DNA of 64,000 nt from an uncultured Deinococcaceae bacterium (GTDB taxonomy: Bacteria; Deinococcota; Deinococci; Deinococcales; Deinococcaceae), in the NCBI GenBank assembly GCA_964252075.1, contig CAXULY010000001.1, positions 215,787 to 279,786 of the forward strand, read 5' to 3'. A program made the translations under genes and the position numbers. Below the pieces are notes generated by a model. The model was given only the letters and a program-made list of their open reading frames with translations, was not told the origin of the DNA and made no database searches. Shown here in pieces: positions 52,768-64,000 of this stretch (its first letter is position 1; each line of letters opens with the position of its first letter).

Positions 52768-53936
52768 GGGTGGATCCTCTCCGGTTGTGCGCACAGCTCG
52801 TGGGCGCGCGCGCGCGCCCAGGTGTCGGTGTCGGTGATGGCGTCCCAGCTGAGGGTGCCGGTGGGCGCGTCGTTCAGCACGCCCTCAATGACGCGCGGGA
52901 TGTCCATGAACCCGATGCGGCCCGCGGTGAAGGCCTCGACCGCGATCTCGTCGGCGGCGTTGAGGGCCACGGGCGCGAGGCCACCCAGCTCACCTGCGCG
53001 GTACGCAAGCGCGAGCGCCGGGAAGCGCGAGAGGTCCGGCTCCCCGAAGTCCAGGCGTGGCGCGAGCGGCCAGCTCAGGTGCCCGGCCACTTCGGGTCCG
53101 CGCGGCACGGGCGTGACGGCGCCGGGCGCGGTCATGCCGACGGGCGCGGCGTCCATGGCGTACGCGATGGCGAGGCGCATGTCGGTCGGCCCGAGCTGCG
53201 CCTTGAGGCTCCCGTCGCGGTACCGGATGAGGGCGTGCACCACGCTCTGCGGGTGCACGCTCACCGCGACCTGCGTGAGCGGCAGACCGTACAGGGAGGC
53301 GCACTCTAGCACCTCCAGGCCCTTGTTGAAGAGGGTGGCGCTGTCGATGGTGATTTTGGGGCCCATGTTCCAGTTCGGGTGGCGCAGGGCCTGGGCGGGC
53401 GTGACGGCGCTCAGGTCGGCGGGGCCTTCCCGGAAGGGCCCGCCGGACGCCGTGATGATGAGCTGCGCCACGTCACCCAGCCGCTCGCCCGCGAGGAGCT
53501 GGTAGATGCCGGTGTGCTCGCTGTCCACCGGCACCACCCGCCCGCCGCCGCGCGCCGCGGCCTCCCAGATGAGCCCGGCGGCCGTCACCATGGCTTCCTT
53601 CGTGGCGAGCGCGAGCGCGCGGCCCGCCTCCAGCGCCGCGCGGGACGGCGCGAGCCCCACGAGTCCGCTCATGGCGTTCAGGATCACGTCGGCGGGCATG
53701 ACCGCCACCTCGCTGGTGTCGGTGGTGAGCGCAACCCCAGGGAACCGCGCGCGCGCCTCGGTGTACAGGTCCGGCGCCACGCGCACCAGTGCGGGCTGGA
53801 ACTCCCGCACCTGGGCGTCCAGCAGGTCGAGGTTGCGCCCGGCGGCGAGCCCCACCACCTGAACGCCGCGCTCGCGCGCCACGTCCAGCGCCTGCGTGCC
53901 GATGGAGCCGGTGGAACCCAGAACGGTCAGTTGCAC
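52764..53936 (-). CDS. dxr: 1-deoxy-D-xylulose 5-phosphate reductoisomerase
   Basis: [37 protein letters not shown]. Confidence 0.96.
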   Translation of the reverse strand: MQLTVLGSTGSIGTQALDVARERGVQVVGLAAGRNLDLLDAQVREFQPALVRVAPDLYTEARARFPGVALTTDTSEVAVMPADVILNAMSGLVGLAPSRAALEAGRALALATKEAMVTAAGLIWEAAARGGGRVVPVDSEHTGIYQLLAGERLGDVAQLIITASGGPFREGPADLSAVTPAQALRHPNWNMGPKITIDSATLFNKGLEVLECASLYGLPLTQVAVSVHPQSVVHALIRYRDGSLKAQLGPTDMRLAIAYAMDAAPVGMTAPGAVTPVPRGPEVAGHLSWPLAPRLDFGEPDLSRFPALALAYRAGELGGLAPVALNAADEIAVEAFTAGRIGFMDIPRVIEGVLNDAPTGTLSWDAITDTDTWARARAHELCAQPERIHP

Positions 53937-54035
53937 CCCCCCAGCATGGCGCAGCGGGGCGGGTCCGACTAGGGACTCGCATACCGTGCACCGCAGCGCA
54001 CCCCCCGCACCGTAATGCGGGAGTGCCGGGCGCCT

Positions 54036-54863
54036 TCAGGAGAAGGTGGAGATGTTCAGGAACAGGTACGTGATGGGCACCGCGAACAGCAGGGAGTCCA
54101 GGCGGTCCAGGATGCCGCCGTGACCGGGGATGCTGTTCCCGCTGTCCTTGCTGCCCAGCGAGCGCTTGATGAGGCTCTCGCTGAGGTCGCCGAGCTGCGC
54201 GGCGCTGGACACCAGCAGCGAGTACAGCAGCGCGTCGTAGGGCGACCACTGGTTCACAAACTGCGTCATGGCGAACACCGCCACGAAACTCAGCGCGAGG
54301 CCACCCACCGCGCCCTCCACGGTCTTGCCGGGCGATACCTCCGGCGCGAGTTTGCGCCGACCCAGGGCGTATCCGATGAAGAACGCACCGATGTCCGTCG
54401 CGAAGGTCGCGACGAGCGGCAGCGCGAAGTTGATGAGGCCGCCCACCGCGTCCGGGTTGTAGCGCAGCAGCACGAAGTACCCCAGCAGCCACGGCACGTA
54501 CAGCAGCCCGAACAGCGTGTACACCACGCGCTCCAGGGGGCGCTCGCCGGGCGAGATGACTTCCACCACCAGGAAGTACCCGACGGCGGCGACCAGCACC
54601 ACCTCCCGCCAGCTGCCGCCCACCCAGGGCGCCGACGGGAAGTTCGGGTAGCTCGCGACGACCAGCGCCACGCCGAACAGGTACAGGGACCAGCGGCGCA
54701 CGTCAATGTCGCGGCGGTCCAGCATGTGCAGGTACTCGCGCAGGCCCATGACCGTCACGATGACCAGCGCGGGCATCAGGAGCGGCCAGCCCACCCACAC
54801 GACCGCCCCGATGATCAGCACGCCGATCACCGAGGTCAGCACGCGGCTGCTCAGGCTCTCCAT
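54036..54863 (-). CDS. cdsA: Phosphatidate cytidylyltransferase
   Basis: SPGKTVEG, GDLSESLIKR, IPGHGGILDRLDS. Confidence 0.95.
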   Translation of the reverse strand: MESLSSRVLTSVIGVLIIGAVVWVGWPLLMPALVIVTVMGLREYLHMLDRRDIDVRRWSLYLFGVALVVASYPNFPSAPWVGGSWREVVLVAAVGYFLVVEVISPGERPLERVVYTLFGLLYVPWLLGYFVLLRYNPDAVGGLINFALPLVATFATDIGAFFIGYALGRRKLAPEVSPGKTVEGAVGGLALSFVAVFAMTQFVNQWSPYDALLYSLLVSSAAQLGDLSESLIKRSLGSKDSGNSIPGHGGILDRLDSLLFAVPITYLFLNISTFS

Positions 54864-54906
54864 CAGAAAGCCTGAGGCCGCGCGCGAAGTGCCTTGAGCG
54901 CCTCCG

Positions 54907-55455
54907 TCACCCGAGGATGTCCTGCTCCTTGGCGTGCAGGGTGTCATCGACTTTCTTCACGAACTCATCGGTGATCTTCTGCACTTCGGTCTCGGCGCGC
55001 TTGATTTCGTCCTCGCCGACGCCCTCCAGCTTCTTGACTTCCTCCAGCGCGTGCTTGCGGGCGCTGCGGATGGCGACCTTGCCGTCCTCGGCATAGCCGC
55101 GCGCGGTCTTCACGAGGTCCTTGCGGCGCTCCTCGGTGAGGGCCGGGATGGAGATGAAGATGGCGTCGCCCTTGTTGTTCGGGTTGAGGCCCAGGTCGCT
55201 GTCGCGGATGGCTTTCTCGATGGGATTCAACGCGCCGCGGTCCCACGGCGTGATGAGCAGCGTGCGCGCGTCGGGCGCGGTGACGCCCGCCACCTGATCG
55301 AGCGGCATGGTGGAGCCGTAGTACTCCACGGTGATTTTCTTGAGGATGCCGGGGTGCGCGCGGCCGGTGCGCAGCACGGAGAAGCTGTTCTCCATGGCTT
55401 CGAGCGCCTTCTGCATGCGCGAGCGCGTGTCCTGGTAAATGGATTGAGTGGTCAT
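54907..55455 (-). CDS. frr: Ribosome recycling factor
   Basis: [34 protein letters not shown]. Confidence 0.96.
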   Translation of the reverse strand: MTTQSIYQDTRSRMQKALEAMENSFSVLRTGRAHPGILKKITVEYYGSTMPLDQVAGVTAPDARTLLITPWDRGALNPIEKAIRDSDLGLNPNNKGDAIFISIPALTEERRKDLVKTARGYAEDGKVAIRSARKHALEEVKKLEGVGEDEIKRAETEVQKITDEFVKKVDDTLHAKEQDILG

Positions 55456-55511
55456 GCGTAAGACCTCCTGCAAGCGATTTTAATGGGGTTGGGGGCGGGG
55501 GGCCGCCCGCC

Positions 55512-57147
<1,636 letters not shown>

Positions 57148-57240
57148 GGTGCGTTCCTCCTTGGGTGGATTTCACAAAAAACGGCCCAGTGTGGCTTCAG
57201 CCGTCAGGCTGCCCCACCGGGCCGAGCTTGGGGCGGTGGA

Positions 57241-58122
<882 letters not shown>

Positions 58123-58234
58123 GATTCTCCTGAGCGTTTCTTGAAGGTTGTGCTGCCCCGACCGTGTGGGTGGCTCACGTGACGCTCGAGCACGCGTGTC
58201 CTGGTGCGGGGGCACCCAAACGAAGATTTTAGCA
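58123..58234 (-). promoter_or_regulatory. rpsB extended -10 promoter and structured leader (probable S2 autoregulatory element)
   Basis: TGcTAAAAT at 58234-58226; about 95-nt leader with GGGTG/CACCC complementarity. Confidence 0.55.
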
Positions 58235-58260
58235 CATGAGGGCCGTCTAGACCAGTGAGG

Positions 58261-58287
58261 AGGGGCGGGCCACTGTGGCCCGCCCCT
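58261..58287 (-). terminator. Hairpin after the TPR gene
   Basis: AGGGGCGGGCCAC-t-GTGGCCCGCCCCT. Confidence 0.65.
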
Positions 58288-58301
58288 TGCACCCCGCCCG
58301 C

Positions 58302-59540
58302 TTACTTCACCTTCACGCGGACCAGCGCCTCCTGAGCGAGCTTGAAGCCCGGGCTGAGGCGCAGGGCGCGCTGGTAGTTGTCGCGCGCCTTCACGCGGTC
58401 CGCGCTCACGCCCTGCGCGCTGCGCTCGTAACTCAGGCCCAGGTAATACAGGTACTCGGGGTTGTTGCTGGCGAGCGCCGCAGCCTTCGTGAAGTCGCTG
58501 CGCGCGCCCTGCAGCTGACCGTCATCGAGCTCCTGGCGGCCCATGAAATAATAGAACTCCGGGTAGCGCAGGGGGTCGAGCTTCAGGGCCGCCGTGAGCT
58601 GATCGCGCGCGGTACTGGCGTCCTTGACGAGGTACGACACCACGCCGTACTGCCCCACCGCGTACGCGTTCTGCGGCGCGAGCTTCGCGGCCTGCGCGGC
58701 CTCACTGCGCGCCGCACCGGTGTTCCCCGACAGGGCCAGCAGCTTCGCGTAATACGCGCGGTTGAAGGCGTCCGTGGGGTCCGCGATCACCGCCTGCTGC
58801 AGGTTGTCGAGCGCGGCAGGAAGATTCCCCGTCGCGAAGAACAGGTCCCCCAAATTAAAGAGGATCACGCTGTTCTGCGGGTCGAGCTTGCTGGCGCGCT
58901 GCGACGCGGCGATGGCCGCCTGATAGTCGCCCTGCAGCTTGTACACCAGGCTGCGCTGGTTCCAGACTTTTGCCAGGGCCGCCGAGCGGTCCGCGGTGTT
59001 GGGAATGCCGCTCGCGACGGCTTCCGCGCCCCGCAGCACCCGAAGCGCCTGCATGAGGTTCCCCGCGACACCCGCGCGGTCCGTCGCGGCGGAGAACTGC
59101 TCGGTGTACGTCTGCGCCGTGGCGATCATGGCGCTCAGGTTGGCGGGCTCCAGCTGCAGAAGGCGCTGCAGGGTCTCAAGGGACGGCCCGTACAGCCGCA
59201 GGCGCGCCTGCGTGCGCCCCAGCCCGAGCAGCGCCTCCGCGTTCGTGGGGTCGCTCCCCACGGCCGCACGGAACGCCACGTACGCCTGATCGAAGCGGCC
59301 CGCCTGGTAGTGACCCAAGCCGAGCGATACGTAACTGCTCGCGGGACTCAGGGCGCCGGGCAGCGCAGCGGGAGGGCTGGTCTGCGCGAGCGCCGGGCCG
59401 AGCGCGGCGAACGTGAGCGCCACCCCACATGCCAGCCACCGCAGGCGGGGCGAACGCGCGGGGTGCGCAGCAGACCCGGCCATCAGGCCCTCAGCCTGAG
59501 CCGCGTGGCGCGCGCGTTGAACTGTCGTCATCCTTTTCAT
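58302..59540 (-). CDS. Exported TPR-repeat protein
   Basis: Multiple TPR units (A..LG...G...A...A..L.P); signal-like segment ending ALA; start codon uncertain. Confidence 0.85.
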   Translation of the reverse strand: MKRMTTVQRARHAAQAEGLMAGSAAHPARSPRLRWLACGVALTFAALGPALAQTSPPAALPGALSPASSYVSLGLGHYQAGRFDQAYVAFRAAVGSDPTNAEALLGLGRTQARLRLYGPSLETLQRLLQLEPANLSAMIATAQTYTEQFSAATDRAGVAGNLMQALRVLRGAEAVASGIPNTADRSAALAKVWNQRSLVYKLQGDYQAAIAASQRASKLDPQNSVILFNLGDLFFATGNLPAALDNLQQAVIADPTDAFNRAYYAKLLALSGNTGAARSEAAQAAKLAPQNAYAVGQYGVVSYLVKDASTARDQLTAALKLDPLRYPEFYYFMGRQELDDGQLQGARSDFTKAAALASNNPEYLYYLGLSYERSAQGVSADRVKARDNYQRALRLSPGFKLAQEALVRVKVK

Positions 59541-59635
59541 CATACAGACGCGCGCGGCGCGCAAATGAAGTGAGGTGTGAGGAAAGAAACGATAAGGGCG
59601 CACGGCGACGGCGGACGCGCCGTAGCATGACCGTC

Positions 59636-60196
59636 ATGGCACACAGACTGGGACTCACGGGCTCCATCGGAGCGGGCAAGAGCACGGTCGCGCGGCTGCT
59701 GCGCGAGCGCGGCCTCACCGTGCTGGACGCCGACCTCGTGGCGCGCGAGGTCAGCGCCCACCCCGACACCCTTGCGGGGGTGGCCGCGCAACTCGGGCCG
59801 CAGTACGTGACGCCGACCGGCCTGAACCGCCCCGCGCTCGCCGCGCTGGTCTTCGCGGACGAAGCGGCCCGCGCCCACCTGAACGCCATCATTCACCCGC
59901 GCGTGCGCGCCCGCATGACGGAACTTGAAGCGCGCGCGACCGGCACGTGGGTGGTGCAGGACATCCCCCTGCTGTTCGAGAACGGCCTGGAGGCAGGCAT
60001 GGACGCCACGCTCCTGGTGGACGCCCCGCTTGAGGCGCGCGTGCAGCGCGTGATGGCCCGCGACGGCGTCACGCGCGAGCAGGTCCTCGCGCGTGACGCC
60101 GCCCAGATGCCCGCCAGCGAGAAGCGCCGCCGCGCCAGCATCGCGCTGGACAACGGCGGCGACCTCAATGCGCTCGCGGCGCAGCTGGACGCGGCC

Positions 60197-60223
<27 letters not shown>
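59636..60223 (+). CDS. coaE: Dephospho-CoA kinase
   Basis: [28 protein letters not shown]. Confidence 0.94.
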
Positions 60224-61843
<1,620 letters not shown>

Positions 61844-61860
61844 GTCGCTCCCGAGCGCCC

Positions 61861-61922
61861 TTGGGGCACGGCCCCAAAAAGAAAAACCAGAGGCGCTCGG
61901 CCTCCGGGATTTCAGGATAGCA
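61861..61922 (-). promoter_or_regulatory. pyrG promoter with leader terminator (candidate attenuator)
   Basis: TGcTATCCT, then GAAATCCCGG; stem CCGGAGGC/GCCTCTGG followed by TTTTTCTTTTT. Confidence 0.7.
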
Positions 61923-61933
61923 GGTTCTGACGG

Positions 61934-62818
61934 TCAGCAGGTCGTGGCGCTGAGACACTTCCAGTTCCGGGGATCAATGAGGCCGCCGAGGGGATCGGCG
62001 TCTGGGTTGGCGGTTTGGGTCGTGCCGCCCGCCGTCTGAGCCACGTTGAAGGAGAATTGCACGGTGCCGATGGGTTGAGTGTCGGGCAGCACCGGAGGCG
62101 CCGTCTGGATGTTGAACACAACGGAGGCCGGCTTGATGTAGTCCGTGAGGATCCGTCCTGCGCGCCCCATGAACATCGTACCCGTACCGTTCAGGGCGGG
62201 CGCGTTCGTGATGGAACCGTTCCCTAACGTGTCGTAGGTGGGTGTCCAGGCGATAGTGCCGTCGTTCAGGCTCGCCCGGTACTCCATGAGCACCCACTTG
62301 TCCGCGTTGTTCGGGTCCTGCGGCGGCTTCTGGCTGTTCGCCAGGGTGCTGCTCGCGAGGGTATCGCGGCGCACCGCGTAGTACGCGAAGAGCCGGTAGC
62401 AACCAGCGGTGTTGCCCTCCGTGGCATCATCGTCCGTGACCGTTGAGAGGGTGCAGGTGGCGCCAGGGGAACGGGGCGGCAGAATCATGGCCATGAAGGG
62501 GTCCGTCCCCACCCTCCACTTCTGCCCGCCACTCGGACCAGCGGTGTTCTGCGTCGTGATGCCGCTTGAAGTCAGGACGGCTGCCGCCGTGCTGGAACTC
62601 ATCTTCGGATACACGTAGATCGCCTCACTGAGTCGGCCCGCGATGATCTGCTGGGCCATCTGGCCGTCCTGCAGGACGCTGCTGCGCGCGCCCGCCGCGG
62701 CGACCGTCACGACACCGACCTTCAGGAGGTCGTTGATGGCGACACCCAGCAGGGCGAAGAGCGCCAGCGCAATGAGGACTTCCAGCAGGGTGAAGCCCTG
62801 CTCGCGCTGCCCCCTCAT
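61934..62818 (-). CDS. Type IV minor pilin, PilW-like
   Basis: Prepilin motif QG/FTLLEVLIAL; 294 aa. Confidence 0.88.
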   Translation of the reverse strand: MRGQREQGFTLLEVLIALALFALLGVAINDLLKVGVVTVAAAGARSSVLQDGQMAQQIIAGRLSEAIYVYPKMSSSTAAAVLTSSGITTQNTAGPSGGQKWRVGTDPFMAMILPPRSPGATCTLSTVTDDDATEGNTAGCYRLFAYYAVRRDTLASSTLANSQKPPQDPNNADKWVLMEYRASLNDGTIAWTPTYDTLGNGSITNAPALNGTGTMFMGRAGRILTDYIKPASVVFNIQTAPPVLPDTQPIGTVQFSFNVAQTAGGTTQTANPDADPLGGLIDPRNWKCLSATTC

Positions 62819-63237
62819 GGCCTCACCTCCAGGTTCAGGCGCTCTTCCTCCTGCCCGGCACCGATCGTCACCACGGTGATGCGGCGCATGGCAGGCGTCG
62901 GGTACGAAGCGGTGACCGCCCCGCAGGTTGCGGGGGACGTCACGGCGTTCCCCTGGATGTCCAGATCCGTGCAGGTGACGGTGCTGGCGAGGTTCTTCCA
63001 GTTGGCCACCTGTTCCGTCAGCCTGGGTTGTGGGTCTGCGTAATACGTCAGGACGAGTTGCCGCGCCTGCTCCATCACGTTCTGGGCGTCCGTCGTGGCG
63101 TTCAGCGTGACGGCAGCCTTGCGGTTCATACCGAAGAACGTGGTGATGGGCAGCGAGATGGACACCACCATGATGCTCAGGAGGCTGACGCCAATCAGCA
63201 CTTCGATGATGGAGAGACCAGCGGTTCGTGATTTCAT
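62815..63237 (-). CDS. Type IV minor pilin, PilV-like
   Basis: AG/LSIIEVLIG prepilin motif. Confidence 0.85.
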   Translation of the reverse strand: MKSRTAGLSIIEVLIGVSLLSIMVVSISLPITTFFGMNRKAAVTLNATTDAQNVMEQARQLVLTYYADPQPRLTEQVANWKNLASTVTCTDLDIQGNAVTSPATCGAVTASYPTPAMRRITVVTIGAGQEEERLNLEVRP

Positions 63238-63662
63238 TGGATGACCTTTCCAGTGACGCCGACGATATAGAGGTTGGCGGAGTTCGGCGCTCCAGGGACA
63301 GTGACCGTCAGCGTTCGGGAGGTGGCCTGATACTCCCCGTAGGGCGCCGTGTACGTCAGCGTGGTTGCGCTGTTGTCGAGCGCGAGCGTCGCTTTGTACG
63401 GGAGCGTCACCACGGTGCTCGCGCCGTTGATGTTCAGGGTGTAGGACGTTCCGCCCGCACCGAGCGTCAGGGTGTTGCTGACGCTGTTCTTCCAGGCGCC
63501 GCTGCGGAGCCGCTCCAGGTCCGTGCGGACCACGCCCGCCACCTCACGTATCTGGTTGGTCTTCACCCAGCGGGTCAGGTTGACGTAACCGATGCCCATC
63601 ACGATGCTGAGGACCGCCATGGCGATGAGCACCTCGAGGAGTGTGAATCCGTCGCGCCTCAC
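63234..63662 (-). CDS. Type IV minor pilin, FimT/GspH-like
   Basis: DG/FTLLEVLIAM; C-terminal IVGVTGKVI. Confidence 0.88.
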   Translation of the reverse strand: MRRDGFTLLEVLIAMAVLSIVMGIGYVNLTRWVKTNQIREVAGVVRTDLERLRSGAWKNSVSNTLTLGAGGTSYTLNINGASTVVTLPYKATLALDNSATTLTYTAPYGEYQATSRTLTVTVPGAPNSANLYIVGVTGKVIQ

Positions 63663-64000
63663 TGGCTCTGCCCCCAGGTTCCCAGTTGCGGCGTGTCGGT
63701 GAACGCAGCGGACCAGCGCTGCTGCAGGGGGAAGAATGGGGGCGCGAAGCCGCTCTTGGCACGCTGGTCGTACTTGTAACTGCGAAGGTAGCCGCCCGAG
63801 CCGCTGCTGACCGTCTGCGACTGATCCTCGATCAAGCCGCCACGCAGGTTGATGTATGGCTTTGGGGTGCCCTGGACCGTGTCGCCGCCGCCGCCGTTGG
63901 TGGCGGTGCCAACCGAGCCGAAGCCCTGCCCGGTGGCGGTGGCCATGATGCTGGCGTCAATGTTCAGGTTCTGGTTCTGCGGGCCGTCAAGTAGGACCGA
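63659..64000 (-). CDS. C-terminal part of a probable PilX-like pilus tip protein (5' end outside the window)
   Basis: INLRGGLIE...GYLRSYKYDQR...PPFFP; GTGA-coupled to the pilin genes. Confidence 0.7.
   Translation of the reverse strand, partial: SVLLDGPQNQNLNIDASIMATATGQGFGSVGTATNGGGGDTVQGTPKPYINLRGGLIEDQSQTVSSGSGGYLRSYKYDQRAKSGFAPPFFPLQQRWSAAFTDTPQLGTWGQSQ

Overview
GC-rich bacterial chromosome segment, most likely from a Deinococcus species. This is an inference from the TilS-TadA fusion, the many apparently leaderless genes and the gene content. It holds about 60 CDSs and no rRNA, tRNA, CRISPR array or recognisable IS. The housekeeping block is rpsB-tsf-pyrH-frr-cdsA-dxr-rseP plus pyrG, coaE, proC, prmA, rsmE, def and citrate synthase. 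Accessory loci are LacI-xylA-xylB, an NCS2 purine permease next to an ExeM-type lipoprotein nuclease, a MerR/transglutaminase pair, an Ig/cohesin-like plus dockerin-like surface operon, and a minor type IV pilin cluster. The most interesting locus is a 9-kb Lrp-centred cluster (22.3-31.2 kb): lysine 2,3-aminomutase, two class III aminotransferases, a P5C-dehydrogenase homologue and two DinB proteins. It reads as a candidate beta-lysine catabolic route (beta-lysine -> pyrroline-5-acetate -> 3-aminoadipate -> 3-oxoadipate) lacking the usual KamDE, AblB or EpmA partners. Also notable are a pyrG leader that looks like CTP-dependent start-site switching coupled to a terminator, a twin-hairpin 5'UTR on the purine permease, and several unexplained structured intergenic RNA candidates. 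All family calls come from motif reading, not database searches.
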